The notes under the pieces are model-generated. The model saw only the letters and a program-made list of their open reading frames with translations, ran no database searches and was not told where the DNA came from. A DNA stretch of 34,727 nt from positions 1 through 34,727 of IMG/VR virus record IMGVR_UViG_3300036987_000229; one strand, 5' to 3'. This document shows positions 1 through 9,575 of this stretch, in pieces. Source of the DNA: a virus (lineage: Duplodnaviria > Caudoviricetes). Every line of letters begins with the position of its first letter. The stretch's first letter is position 1. Position numbers and translations under genes: made by a program.

Positions 1-127
1 TTGCTTTGTTGGCAAAGACCACAAAGGCTATGGTTTTGTAAAAAGCTGGGTAAAACACGGATAAAAATAAATAACGTATTCCTGACATCGGGAATACGTT
101 ATTACACCCCGCGCCCGTCGGGTAATA
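1..127. repeat. Right part of ~240-bp direct repeat (copy B, wraps from window end); matches 32377-32503
   Basis: Positions 1-122 identical to 32377-32498, then one mismatch and AATA. Confidence 0.95.
70..103. terminator. Hairpin, probable bidirectional terminator
   Basis: AATAACGTATTCC-N8-GGAATACGTTATT 13-bp inverted repeat between converging genes; second copy at 32446-32479. Confidence 0.65.
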
Positions 128-135
128 CGGGCAAA

Positions 136-3015
136 TTAAGGCCCCGTAGTAACCTGCCAATCGCTCACACCGTCCCAAATTATTGTAATGGATTGACGGC
201 CTGTGAGCGGCAAAGGGTTATCTACGCCTAAACTATGGTATATAGTCGCTCCTCCTTGTGCGTATACGTTCACTTGTCCGGATATATTTCTTTTGGTAAT
301 TACGTATTCGTTATTGCGCCCGTTTAAATCGGTAGGGGTCGGTAAATAAACAGCAATATCGGTGGTATTGTCGCAAATAAGGCGGGGTGTAATTATATCA
401 TACGGGTTATCTCCATTGCCTATTACCGCTACCCTGTAAGCTACTGGGTTATGATACATAGTATCCCCGCTAACGTTTATTGTGCCGCCGATAAACACCG
501 TTTCGCCGCTTATACTTGTTAGGCCGCTAACTTGTGTGTTATCGCCTAAATAGTCCGTATCCGTAAAATCAACGTTGATATACACCCCCCCAACCGTACC
601 GCTATTGATAACGGGCTGATTGCCGCCCAACACTACCACACTATCCACGTCATCACCCAGCACTATTCCATTTCCAACAACTAACACCCCGCGCCCGCTG
701 GTAGGCATTTGATTATCGGGGCCAAACGACCCGTTACCCCCTTGCGGCGGAGGGGCTACCAATCCCGGTGTGGGTACTTCATCGCCCGGTATAGGTATCC
801 AGTCACCATTACCGCCGTTTATTATCTTAGTCACCGGTGCAGGCGCGGATATTTCAAGGGCTTTGATAAAATGGCATTGTGTAATACCCGCTGGGTCTAT
901 ACTATAATCCACCATTTCCAACAGCCTCCAGTACGCATTTTGGAAAAAGTACAGCTTGCGCAGGCTCATTTGTAAGAATAAAGCAAGCTGTATATTGAAC
1001 GATGCCGTAGCGGTAAAAGCATCTTCGCCGTTGATTTCTATAATGTGCTGGTAATAGTAAAGGCCGTACAGGTTAAGGTTTGTCATCTGTATTGCAAAGT
1101 TGCCCGCCCCTCCAAAATAATATAGTTTTGGCACCGTAAATAGCAAATCATATTCCGGCGCGTATGGCGTATCGTGGTGCCCGGCGTATGGGTACGACGT
1201 GTAAGCCGTTGACCCTGTTGTGGAGAATAAATTCCACGATGTAGTTTCCAGCAAACCGCCATAAAACATTATACGGGGCTTCGCGGCCTTAGCAACAATA
1301 TTGTTGCTTGTGTCCTTAAAGAATATCGCGCTTAGTACCCTCTCAGTTGGTAGTTGGGCTATAAGCGGTGTTGGGGCAAAAGGTAAATCAATATTGTATT
1401 CATCACCCACAAACTCGTTGGCAATACCTACCCGCAATTGGCCGTATGTTTCATTGGTACGGGTTTTATAATCTTCATTATAAAAATCGCTGTCTTCGCT
1501 GTATTTAAATAAGTAGGATTTGTATTTGGCCAGCCCTTGCGGCTTAATCTCACTGGGTTCCGTTACATCAAAAACATTAGTAAGGTCAACGCTTAAATCT
1601 TCGTAGAACGACGGGCGCGGCTCAACTATAAGGGTGTCGGCTTTTGTTTCGTCGTCGTCGAAATATAGGTTAAACATTTTGATAATACCTGCCAAAAAGT
1701 CCTTTTGCTTAAAGATGTCAGGCAGCGTATTGGCTAAGTTTATTATTTCATTATAATTTATTGCCGCGTCTACCTGATTACCGAATAAAGCTCCTGCCTC
1801 AATAACACATTCAAAATTTGGCGCGGTGGCTTGTGGTTTTACGGGGTACAATGCCGCTTGGTCACCGGGCAAAAAAGATGCTGGCGTGGTGTTAAGAACT
1901 ACTGTAACAGGGTCGCTTAAATCGCCATTGTTAACGGGCTGTGATGACCACTGCGTACCGGCAACCACGGTACCTAATGTTTTCAAATAGACTCCGCCTC
2001 TACGCTGCTGAACTTCTATATTAACAGAGTTAGGGGGCACAAACACGCCGCTTGACCCTGTCCATCGAAGCTGCAATGTTACCTGTGTATAAAATTGGTT
2101 GTTCCCCCCCTCAACACACTGGTATATACCGTTGGTGGTATTGTACAAGTTTGACGGGTCGGACACATCACTGTTAAGTACTATAAGATTAGTGCCTCCT
2201 CGTACGGTATTAATTGTAACGGTTTGGTCAGTCGTTATCCTAAGAGCCTGAAACTGCCTTGCGGTAACCTCATCTTCGCTTATTCGAAAATCGCCATTGC
2301 TATAAGGGATAATCAGTTTTTTAAAATATTCGCTATCAAAAAACGCGCTGTTATAAGCTATACCTGCTTCTACAAATATGGCATCTATAATGGTCTTAAC
2401 ATATACAGCGGGCTTAAAGTGATGCCAATACCAATTGTTGGGTTTTTTATGGAACTCGTTGTTTTCTCCGTACTCAATCATTGGGTACACATAGCCATTG
2501 CCCAGTTCAAAGGCGACAGGCGACCCGTTCTCGATTATAGAAGTAGCCCAACTATTGGCAATGTTATCTACATTGTACTCGTGGTTATACGCCGACAGGT
2601 CAAGTTCATTCAAAAACTTTTCGCCAACGCTTGCAAACAGGTCGGGTAATTCGCTGTAAAACACCACCTGAAATACAATCTTACCGTGTTCTGACAGCAC
2701 AATATCACTTAGCCTTGCATAACCGCTAAATACTAATAGCTGGTTTTGATAAATGAACGCGGGGGCTTTTAACCGTGTGTTTATGCGGGGCGGCGTGTAG
2801 GTGCTGTAATCGGCCTGCGACACGTTTACATCAAAGAGGTTGTTAAACAGGGTACGTACGCCTTCGGTGCTGCCGGGTATAGATATTGTGTAGGTAGAGT
2901 TGCCCGACCGTGTGCCAATGTCCGTAGCTTCAGCATTTATTTTTTTGTTAATGCCAATGCCGGGGTCGCCCAAGTAAGGCACGGACACGCCGTTTATTAT
3001 TATTTCGGTGTTCAC
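136..3015 (-). CDS. Large tail protein (baseplate hub / central tail fibre-like), 959 aa
   Basis: Long ORF with GTG start following the tape measure gene across the circular junction; 'YVYPMIEYG', 'KPAVYVKTIIDAIF', 'KQKDFLAGIIKMFNL' segments resemble Bacteroidota siphophage tail proteins. Confidence 0.7.
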   Translation of the reverse strand: MNTEIIINGVSVPYLGDPGIGINKKINAEATDIGTRSGNSTYTISIPGSTEGVRTLFNNLFDVNVSQADYSTYTPPRINTRLKAPAFIYQNQLLVFSGYARLSDIVLSEHGKIVFQVVFYSELPDLFASVGEKFLNELDLSAYNHEYNVDNIANSWATSIIENGSPVAFELGNGYVYPMIEYGENNEFHKKPNNWYWHHFKPAVYVKTIIDAIFVEAGIAYNSAFFDSEYFKKLIIPYSNGDFRISEDEVTARQFQALRITTDQTVTINTVRGGTNLIVLNSDVSDPSNLYNTTNGIYQCVEGGNNQFYTQVTLQLRWTGSSGVFVPPNSVNIEVQQRRGGVYLKTLGTVVAGTQWSSQPVNNGDLSDPVTVVLNTTPASFLPGDQAALYPVKPQATAPNFECVIEAGALFGNQVDAAINYNEIINLANTLPDIFKQKDFLAGIIKMFNLYFDDDETKADTLIVEPRPSFYEDLSVDLTNVFDVTEPSEIKPQGLAKYKSYLFKYSEDSDFYNEDYKTRTNETYGQLRVGIANEFVGDEYNIDLPFAPTPLIAQLPTERVLSAIFFKDTSNNIVAKAAKPRIMFYGGLLETTSWNLFSTTGSTAYTSYPYAGHHDTPYAPEYDLLFTVPKLYYFGGAGNFAIQMTNLNLYGLYYYQHIIEINGEDAFTATASFNIQLALFLQMSLRKLYFFQNAYWRLLEMVDYSIDPAGITQCHFIKALEISAPAPVTKIINGGNGDWIPIPGDEVPTPGLVAPPPQGGNGSFGPDNQMPTSGRGVLVVGNGIVLGDDVDSVVVLGGNQPVINSGTVGGVYINVDFTDTDYLGDNTQVSGLTSISGETVFIGGTINVSGDTMYHNPVAYRVAVIGNGDNPYDIITPRLICDNTTDIAVYLPTPTDLNGRNNEYVITKRNISGQVNVYAQGGATIYHSLGVDNPLPLTGRQSITIIWDGVSDWQVTTGP

Positions 3016-3022
3016 AATAAAC

Positions 3023-3080
3023 TAACGGCAAAAAATTGTTTGGTTTTTGTTTGGTGGTTTAAAATATTGTTGTATATTTG
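3023..3080. promoter_or_regulatory. Divergent promoter unit: leftward CCGTTA late-type motif plus rightward TATATTTG
   Basis: TAACGG at 3023-3028, 7 nt from GTG at 3015; TATATTTG at 3073-3080. Confidence 0.75.
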
Positions 3081-3093
3081 TTTCAGCAAAACA

Positions 3094-3327
3094 ATGAAAA
3101 TGAAAGCAAAAGAATACTTAAAACAGCACCCCGAAAAGTATTATATGGTTACCCGTGAATTAGGTAAGCCGATATACATTGCCCCGCAAGGAATACAGGG
3201 GTGTAATATCACCGACAAAGAAGCAGAGGCAGAACAATGGGACAGCCTTAGCAATACCGAAACGAGGCTTAAATTTTTTAAAGGGCTTACGGGCTATACA
3301 CAACTTCAATACGAATTAGTAAAATGA
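3094..3327 (+). CDS. Hypothetical small early protein
   Basis: ATG just downstream of TATATTTG promoter; ATGA overlap with next gene. Confidence 0.75.
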   Translation: MKMKAKEYLKQHPEKYYMVTRELGKPIYIAPQGIQGCNITDKEAEAEQWDSLSNTETRLKFFKGLTGYTQLQYELVK

Positions 3328-3968
3328 TTGCATTGTTTGGATGTGAAGAAAGTCAGGAATGCACTAAAGCGTTTAGAGAACGTGGACATGAGGCGTTTAG
3401 TAATGACCTTATAGAATGTTCAGGAGGGCATCCCGAATGGCACCTGCAAATGGACGTTATCGAAGCAATAAAATCAAGGAGATGGGATTTTATTGGGCTG
3501 CATCCAATGTGTACGAAAATTACCTTATCAGGCAATAGAACTTACGGCAGGGGAAAACAAAGACATCAAGAAAGATTGGACGCGGTAGAGTGGACTATTG
3601 GACTTTGGAAACTGGCTTGCCAACATTCTGATAAGGTTTATATGGAAAACCCTATGGGCGCAATGAATGGCGATAAAAGGCTTCCAAAGCCACAGACTAT
3701 ACAGCCTTATTATTTCGGGGATGAATTTCAAAAAACTACTTGCCTATGGCTGTATGGATTAAAACCATTAGTGCATATAGCTAAACCAGATTTGTTTAAT
3801 GATAAGGGCACCCATGTATATAAAGGTGAAATGTCGGTATTTAAAAGTGGCTGTGTGATGCCTAAATGGTATGCAGACTCTTGGAGTCTGCCGGAAAAAG
3901 AACGTAAAAAACTACGCTCAAAAACATTTCCCGGCATCGCCCGCGCAATGTCGGAACAATGGGGTTAA
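3324..3968 (+). CDS. Phage DNA cytosine methyltransferase-like protein
   Basis: 'GCEESQ..AFRERGHEAFSNDL..SGGHPEWH', 'HPMCT', 'ENP', 'KTTCLWL', 'RSKTFPGIARAMSEQWG' match a widespread phage C5-MTase-like family. Confidence 0.7.
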   Translation: MIALFGCEESQECTKAFRERGHEAFSNDLIECSGGHPEWHLQMDVIEAIKSRRWDFIGLHPMCTKITLSGNRTYGRGKQRHQERLDAVEWTIGLWKLACQHSDKVYMENPMGAMNGDKRLPKPQTIQPYYFGDEFQKTTCLWLYGLKPLVHIAKPDLFNDKGTHVYKGEMSVFKSGCVMPKWYADSWSLPEKERKKLRSKTFPGIARAMSEQWG

Positions 3969-5212
3969 CGGTTTTGCGTGTTACTCCCCGTACTCAATTT
4001 CATCTCAAACAAGGCCGTAAATAGCCCGTGTTGCTCTTTCTTGTAGTCAGAGACGCGGGTAATATTCACCGCCCACATTTGCGTAGCATCGTCGTTTGCA
4101 CCAGCCTGCCACCAAACGGCGGGACTTGTCATAAGCTCTTCTAACCATTCCTTTTCATCTACCGTAACAAACGCGGCCTTTAACATATACTTGTTTTCGT
4201 AAGGCGTGTTAAAGTTCACCATGCTGTGGCGGTTGGCAGCGTATAACCACGTTTGGTTATTGGCATACCCCGGCGCACGGGTAGATATATTTTCAGTTGC
4301 GCCGGTCAAAAAGTCAGTATCGCCCATGAGTGTAAAGCTATCAATACGCCCCCAACGGTTTAAGAAGTGCAGCCTAAAAGTTTGGTACCGGGTGCATAGG
4401 TCGTCTATGACAATAGTAAATACCTCTGTTGTGCGTTCTCCAAAATCATCCGCAAGCCACAACTCATAATAAGCGGTGTTAGCTGGTATAGCTACCGTGC
4501 CCGTTTGTGTAAAGAAAGCCACGTTAAGGTCAACAGGGCTTATAAATAAAGTTTGAAACTGGTTTGCAGGCCCCGCGCCCGTAAGTGTATTGACAATTGT
4601 TGGGAACGATATAAGATTGCCGCTTTCGTCGTAAGCTCTTACGTCCATAAAAGACCACGGCACCGGGAAAATAGTTGCGGGGTCTTCGTTTGCCATAAAC
4701 CCCAACATTGCCCGTTCGTTAAAGCCTACCCTTAACCGCCGGGGGCTATTAGTTAAAAAATTACTTATAGCCCCATTTTGATTAAGGTAGTCGGCAATGG
4801 TAAGGTTTAACCACTGCTGCCATTGTAGCGACGCGTTAATACCTATTACGTTAGACACAAGCGCACTTGCATAGGTTTGCTGGTCGGTACCGTATTGCTC
4901 TATAATATCAACCTTGTAATCGATGAAAACATTTACAGTTGCATCGTTAGGGAACCCCGACGTGTTATCGTACCCTGTTATTTGTTCTATATCAAAACTC
5001 ACGTAGTTTTGCAATATACGCGCTGGGTCAAATTTCAATCCCGTTTCAGGACGGGGGGGGTACAACAGGGTTTGTATTACCGTTGCATCCTGATACACCC
5101 TTACCTTATACCTAAATAGCGGCTGGCTTTCTTGATTTGAACGCGCACATATAACCAGTTCGTTACCGACCGGCATAAAACTATCAGGTATTTGGCTTAG
5201 GTTAATCGTCAT
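3965..5212 (-). CDS. Tail structural protein (distal tail/baseplate-like), 415 aa
   Basis: 'LHFLNRWGRIDSFT' and 'WLEELMTSPAVW' motifs typical of Bacteroidota phage tail proteins; downstream of late-type motif. Confidence 0.65.
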   Translation of the reverse strand: MTINLSQIPDSFMPVGNELVICARSNQESQPLFRYKVRVYQDATVIQTLLYPPRPETGLKFDPARILQNYVSFDIEQITGYDNTSGFPNDATVNVFIDYKVDIIEQYGTDQQTYASALVSNVIGINASLQWQQWLNLTIADYLNQNGAISNFLTNSPRRLRVGFNERAMLGFMANEDPATIFPVPWSFMDVRAYDESGNLISFPTIVNTLTGAGPANQFQTLFISPVDLNVAFFTQTGTVAIPANTAYYELWLADDFGERTTEVFTIVIDDLCTRYQTFRLHFLNRWGRIDSFTLMGDTDFLTGATENISTRAPGYANNQTWLYAANRHSMVNFNTPYENKYMLKAAFVTVDEKEWLEELMTSPAVWWQAGANDDATQMWAVNITRVSDYKKEQHGLFTALFEMKLSTGSNTQNR

Positions 5213-5227
5213 GGGTGCTGTTGCAGG

Positions 5228-5581
5228 TTAATTAATGCTTGCTGTGATAAATGCCCATACGTCAGAGTTTGCCGCCTTAAAACCTGCAACAGCGACGTTT
5301 TGTTGAGTGGCTACCGATATTACTTCAGTTGTGGGTTCAGCATTAATGTTGCTACCTACAATTTTCATGTGTCCTCCCGTTGAATTGTCTTCACCAAACA
5401 GCAATATGCCGCCTGTGAAAGCGGGCTGCATGGCTAACTCAATAGTTGCAATGTCGCAGCTTTGTATGTTGTTTGGGTCAATGTTTGGGAATAATCCGCC
5501 CGTGCCTACAATTGGCACAAATACGTCTTGTGTAAAGTGAAATACACTTGATGAAGGGGTTAATTCGATTGTTGCTTTCAT
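5228..5581 (-). CDS. Hypothetical, probably structural protein
   Basis: 117-aa ORF, first gene after CCGTTA motif at 5612-5617. Confidence 0.6.
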   Translation of the reverse strand: MKATIELTPSSSVFHFTQDVFVPIVGTGGLFPNIDPNNIQSCDIATIELAMQPAFTGGILLFGEDNSTGGHMKIVGSNINAEPTTEVISVATQQNVAVAGFKAANSDVWAFITASIN

Positions 5582-5611
5582 TTAGTTTTAAGTTTTTTAT
5601 TGGTATTAGGA

Positions 5612-5669
5612 TAACGGCAAAATATTTTAAAGAAATGTGTTGTGTTTGTGAATATTATTTGTATATTTG
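5612..5669. promoter_or_regulatory. Divergent promoter unit
   Basis: TAACGG 5612-5617; TATATTTG 5662-5669 followed by TGGT-ATG. Confidence 0.75.
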
Positions 5670-5673
5670 TGGT

Positions 5674-5997
5674 ATGGAAAACAAATCAATAACTGAAAAC
5701 GAAGAGTTTAAAAACAACTGGCTTGAGTATTACAAAAACAGTAATCTACTTGCCGCCGAAGAAAAACAAAACCCTCTTGTTAGAAATGGAGTATGGTTGG
5801 TTTATTCTGGTGGTGCAAAATCTTGTCAATCCATCCTGCAAGCAGAGCAGGATAAGGAGATGATTGCTTTTGCGAAATGGTGTGTAAAAGGGCAATGGTG
5901 CGTACTTGGTGATAAATGGATTTGTGATAATAACGGCAGAGAAGCTGATGCAAATGGACTTCTCGACCTATTCAGAAAGGAGCAAGACAATGATTAA
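5674..5997 (+). CDS. Hypothetical early protein, leaderless
   Basis: ATG 4 nt after TATATTTG; the ORF-track upstream extension merely translates the promoter. Confidence 0.75.
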   Translation: MENKSITENEEFKNNWLEYYKNSNLLAAEEKQNPLVRNGVWLVYSGGAKSCQSILQAEQDKEMIAFAKWCVKGQWCVLGDKWICDNNGREADANGLLDLFRKEQDND

Positions 5998-6388
5998 GTT
6001 TGAGCAAGAAAACTTTTGCAACTGGGAGGCCAGTCAAGCACTTAAAAATGTTTGTTTTAATGATGGGTGTTTTGCACATTATTCACCAACACCTAAACAT
6101 CTAAGGATAACAAAAAACCCTGAAAGTTTAAAAAACAGTACGTTACCTAATGGCATGTTTACCGTGCCCCTATTCACCCAAGCAGTTAAGTGGTTGAGGA
6201 AAAATAACAGTATTGACATAGAGATTAGATGGTATGGTTATTATTTTAACATCGACATACTAACAGGTTCAAATTCTGATTTTGACAGAACGAGAATAAA
6301 GATGTTTGAAACCGAACCCGAAGCGTACAACGCAGGTATAATAAAAGCCTGCGAATACATTAAAAATAAACCAAACAACCATGAGTAA
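5990..6388 (+). CDS. Hypothetical phage protein (paralog of 6991-7386)
   Basis: Coupled ATG; 'ALKNVCFNDGCFAHY...PLFTQAVKWLRK..IDIEI..EAYNAGIIKACEYI'. Confidence 0.75.
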   Translation: MIKFEQENFCNWEASQALKNVCFNDGCFAHYSPTPKHLRITKNPESLKNSTLPNGMFTVPLFTQAVKWLRKNNSIDIEIRWYGYYFNIDILTGSNSDFDRTRIKMFETEPEAYNAGIIKACEYIKNKPNNHE

Positions 6389-6821
6389 CGAGCTACTGCA
6401 ACGCGTAAAAGACGAGTACGCAAAAGAACAATCCTATCAAAATAGTATAGGATACCACAAGTTTAAAGATTGGGATGAATTTTTTGATAAAATCTATACT
6501 GATGGTAAACCGGGCAAGATCGAGGAACACATTGAGGAAATAGCAGAACGCTACTCCGCTGCCCTGCAATCCGAAAACGACCGACTCAAAGTCGATATGC
6601 AAAGCGTTATTGATAAACACGTGGTTATTGAGAAAGCGTTTGAGCAGATGAAGGCTGACGTGTTTGAATTCAGGGAAACATTTGTCGGCATCAAGGACAA
6701 AATTAAAAATCACGAACGCCTTAATAATTTTGATAAAAGGATTTTGTGTGAACCAATTAATTATATGTTGCTTAAAACAGCACCCATAAGGAAAAAGACG
6801 GGACAAAAAGAATACATATAA
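6381..6821 (+). CDS. Hypothetical coiled-coil protein
   Basis: 146-aa ORF overlapping upstream stop. Confidence 0.7.
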   Translation: MSNELLQRVKDEYAKEQSYQNSIGYHKFKDWDEFFDKIYTDGKPGKIEEHIEEIAERYSAALQSENDRLKVDMQSVIDKHVVIEKAFEQMKADVFEFRETFVGIKDKIKNHERLNNFDKRILCEPINYMLLKTAPIRKKTGQKEYI

Positions 6822-6994
6822 TCCACCACAGCGTTACCCACACGCTTTGTGGAGAGCAAACAACAGGTAACTTAATAGACGACGGATTCGAAACAATAAG
6901 AATGTCTGTTAATGCTAAACCTAATTGCGTTGTTTGCCTAAACAACCTGTGGTATTATCAAAGATTTATGCACCTATTACCATTTAACCTATGA
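6765..6994 (+). pseudogene. Possible frameshifted Cys/His-rich small gene
   Basis: Open frame 6776-6994 (..IHIIHHSVTHTLCGE..NCVVCL..) lacks an upstream start but ends in ATGA overlap with the next ATG; nearest upstream ATG (6765) is out of frame. Confidence 0.4.
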
Positions 6995-7386
6995 GCAATA
7001 ACTTTAACATAACCGAATACCACGTAGAATCAGCCTTTGCTAAGTGGCTTAAAGAAATGGGGTTTGATGGGGAGTGTTGTGCATGGTGGAGACCACATCA
7101 CTGAATAGGAAGGATTGGCACTGCAATTAATAAAGATATGTCAGAAAGCAGCTGTGCTATGCCCACCTTTGCACAATCCTTTGATTTTGTGGAGGAAAAG
7201 TTTGGAATTCATATAGAAATAAATAAATCTGTAACGAATATAGAAAACTATGCTTATAGAATAATTGGTTCAGATGGATTTACAATTGCAAATGAATATG
7301 ATTTCAAAACCAAACGCGAAGCCAACATATCCGCCTGCAAGGCTATTAAAGAGTACATAAATGATTTGCAAAAAAATAGGGTATAA
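6991..7386 (+). pseudogene. Paralog of 5990-6388 interrupted by in-frame TGA at 7102-7104
   Basis: 'AKWLKEMGFDGECCAWW' before and 'PTFAQSFDFVEEKFGIHIEI..EANISACKAIKEYI' after the stop, same frame. Confidence 0.7.
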
Positions 7387-7501
7387 TACGTTTGCGGAGG
7401 CTAATGACGCTCTTCAAACCGCTATGGTAGGGGTTCGAAAAAAATATAAAGAGTTATCTAAGTTTGAAAAAATACCGAGGAGAGGTAAAAAACTTAAATA
7501 A
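7361..7501 (+). CDS. Short basic protein (46 aa), possibly truncated
   Basis: MICKKIGYNTFAEANDAL...KIPRRGKKLK; ends in a 14-bp direct repeat AAAACTTAAATAAG (7489, 7531). Confidence 0.45.
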   Translation: MICKKIGYNTFAEANDALQTAMVGVRKKYKELSKFEKIPRRGKKLK

Positions 7502-7545
7502 GCTACGCCGCTATTTAAGAAAACATGGACAAAACTTAAATAAGG

Positions 7546-8133
7546 TTACCCAACCTTAAAGTTAACCATCAATTCCTTACCCAACAACCCAGCCAGCTTT
7601 TCCGCAAAGGTTTCAAATATGCCGCTTTCAATTGTATCTGTAAAAAACATAGTTGGCCTTATTCCCTTTTGTTTCACCGAAGAGGCTATTTGGTAGCTGC
7701 GCCTTTCCCTTAGTTTTGATATTGATAATTGCCTTTGCCCCTTGTCTTTTATTGACCTTATAGATGCTTGTTTTGACTTGCTGTCATATATGCTCACCCC
7801 CTTTGATGTTATCCATTTGGCAATTGAATTGGCCATATTTCGGTTAGGCCATTTGGTCTTGTACTGGTATGGGCTATTGCCAGCCCCGGGGTAAGTTGAT
7901 ACAGCCCCCTTCACGCCTTTGTCAATATACTTGTAATAGTCGGGTAAGTTTACCGTTATGGTGGTTATGCCGCCCGTTTCTGCTATTTCAAAGGTAGGTT
8001 CACCCGGTGCTATTGATTGCCTAAGCAGGCTGTTTTGCAAGCCCTTTGCATCTAACTTAGCATAAAACCCCGCAAGCATTTGAGCAAATAAACGCTGCAC
8101 CTCCAGTTGTATTATTTTATTCAGGTCGGCCAT
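7546..8133 (-). CDS. Putative neck / tail-completion protein
   Basis: 'YYKYIDKGVKG', 'IAKWITSKG', 'IASSVKQKGIRPTMFF' typical of phage virion morphogenesis/neck proteins. Confidence 0.6.
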   Translation of the reverse strand: MADLNKIIQLEVQRLFAQMLAGFYAKLDAKGLQNSLLRQSIAPGEPTFEIAETGGITTITVNLPDYYKYIDKGVKGAVSTYPGAGNSPYQYKTKWPNRNMANSIAKWITSKGVSIYDSKSKQASIRSIKDKGQRQLSISKLRERRSYQIASSVKQKGIRPTMFFTDTIESGIFETFAEKLAGLLGKELMVNFKVG

Positions 8134-8137
8134 AGTT

Positions 8138-8226
8138 CAAAGGTACGTATTTTCAGATAGTTGCAAAAAATGCAAAAGAAATATTAAAAAAGACTTGCAT
8201 AGCATATATATTTTTGCTTATCTTTG
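8138..8226. promoter_or_regulatory. Divergent pair of TAnnTTTG promoters
   Basis: Minus TACCTTTG (8138-8145) 4 nt before ATG 8133; plus TATCTTTG (8219-8226) followed by the AACAAATCAGATAAA leader. Confidence 0.7.
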
Positions 8227-8248
8227 TTTCAACAAATCAGATAAACAA

Positions 8249-8548
8249 ATGGAAAATTTAATTAAAGAACAACTTGGAACTTACACAGCAGATTATCAAA
8301 ACCTGCAACAATCAGTAGATAAACTGAAAGAACAAACCGGATGCACCCAAGTGTGGGTTTGTAAAATATATTCAAAAGCACGTTTGTTTCCAATATTTAA
8401 CGACGGGCAAATTGAATTTATGAAGTCAATATTTGAAACTGATGACTATAGTAGGTTCGACGGAAGTATTGTTGCCGTTCTTGAATCAAAAGAAAGCGAC
8501 TTAAAAGAATTACACAGGCTGTACGATATATACAGTGATGAACTTTAA
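8249..8548 (+). CDS. Hypothetical early protein
   Basis: ATG after promoter and shared leader. Confidence 0.75.
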   Translation: MENLIKEQLGTYTADYQNLQQSVDKLKEQTGCTQVWVCKIYSKARLFPIFNDGQIEFMKSIFETDDYSRFDGSIVAVLESKESDLKELHRLYDIYSDEL

Positions 8549-8552
8549 TATA

Positions 8553-8774
8553 ATGACCACCAAAGAAGCATTCAAAGCCCTGTGCAATACGCGCGGGGCT
8601 TTAACTAAAGCGTGTAGGCTTGCGGGTGATGCACACCCGTCTAAAAGGGCTGCTGAAATACGCTGGAGAATAAAGCACAAATCAATGTGGCCGCACAGTG
8701 CAACCCTGTTCATGCTGCTAACTTATGCAGGGTATAAGTGCGAAAATGGAAAGTGGGTTGCTCCTACCTCCTAA
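8553..8774 (+). CDS. Hypothetical small basic protein (possible DNA-binding)
   Basis: ATG 4 nt after previous stop; 73 aa. Confidence 0.6.
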   Translation: MTTKEAFKALCNTRGALTKACRLAGDAHPSKRAAEIRWRIKHKSMWPHSATLFMLLTYAGYKCENGKWVAPTS

Positions 8775-9027
8775 CAACCGCCGGGTTTTTCTTTTCATTA
8801 TCCCACTCTGCTTTATCAATCGCAAAGCAAAGTTCATTTAAAAAGTCGGTAAACGGCATCTTTAAATATTCGTCGCGCTCAATAATATTATCGGTTAGGT
8901 GCAGGCTTATAGTAGCCATCCACCCCCACTTGCTTATAAACCAGTCTTTTGTTTCTCCCTCTTTATCTTCTCCGCTAAATAGTTTCGGGTAGCTACGGAT
9001 AACACCATTGAGTTGTTCAAAAAAAAA
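8764..9027 (-). CDS. -1 frameshift extension of chaperone (gpGT-like)
   Basis: T TTT TTT heptamer at 9027-9021 leads to the -1 frame 'SYPKLF..KWGWMATI'. Confidence 0.6.
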   Translation of the reverse strand, partial: FFFEQLNGVIRSYPKLFSGEDKEGETKDWFISKWGWMATISLHLTDNIIERDEYLKMPFTDFLNELCFAIDKAEWDNEKKNPAVVRR

Positions 9028-9545
9028 GCACACAGGCCGTGCAGTACGCTTGCGGGAAGGTGGTTTAAGAAGTATTGCGCCCTTGCCTCAATTGTGCTTT
9101 CGGGGTGCTTTTCTGCTTTTTCCCACACTAAACACGCCGCTATATAGTGCATATTCTTTTCAGAACCGGCCTCCGCATAATTGCTTATACTTATTGCAGC
9201 CCATGCCGCCGCCTCTTTAATATTTGCAAGGCATATATAAAGTTTGCCGTTAAGGTAGAACTTTGGCGGGAAACTAGTAGAGGGCGGCTCTGACAAAAAA
9301 GGCATTTGCTTTATTGTTTTAGCCAGTTCCCCTATTGTTTTGCCGGTGGTTTCACCCCCGAATAGCTGTATAGTTTTTATATTGCGCCGCACCCAGTTAT
9401 GCGAGCTTTCAAAATTGGCCTGTATCTTATCCAGTTCCTGCAACTCTTTTATAGGCACCTCATTCCACGATGTAGGTAGTTTGTTGCCCCTTGTGGTAAA
9501 GTGGGGGATTTTTGGCCGTATAAGTTTACTTAGTAGTTTGAACAT
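8934..9545 (-). CDS. Putative tail assembly chaperone (gpG-like)
   Basis: 'LPTSWNEVPIKE', 'MHYIAACL', 'RAQYF..LPASV..LCAFFL' with a T9 slippery run. Confidence 0.6.
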   Translation of the reverse strand: MFKLLSKLIRPKIPHFTTRGNKLPTSWNEVPIKELQELDKIQANFESSHNWVRRNIKTIQLFGGETTGKTIGELAKTIKQMPFLSEPPSTSFPPKFYLNGKLYICLANIKEAAAWAAISISNYAEAGSEKNMHYIAACLVWEKAEKHPESTIEARAQYFLNHLPASVLHGLCAFFLNNSMVLSVATRNYLAEKIKREKQKTGL

Positions 9546-9575
9546 CGGTAAGGTTTATTTTTATTAGGAGGAAAT

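Noticed and set aside
1-231. 76-aa plus-strand ORF
   Set aside because: Wrong frame of the duplicated small gene, running through a hairpin into the converging tail gene
136-3015. Diversity-generating retroelement or invertible tail locus
   Set aside because: No reverse transcriptase, invertase or template/variable repeat pair seen
7102-7104. Genome-wide TGA recoding
   Set aside because: Many genes end in TGA with ATGA coupling (3327, 12715, 14073, 18248); only one internal case
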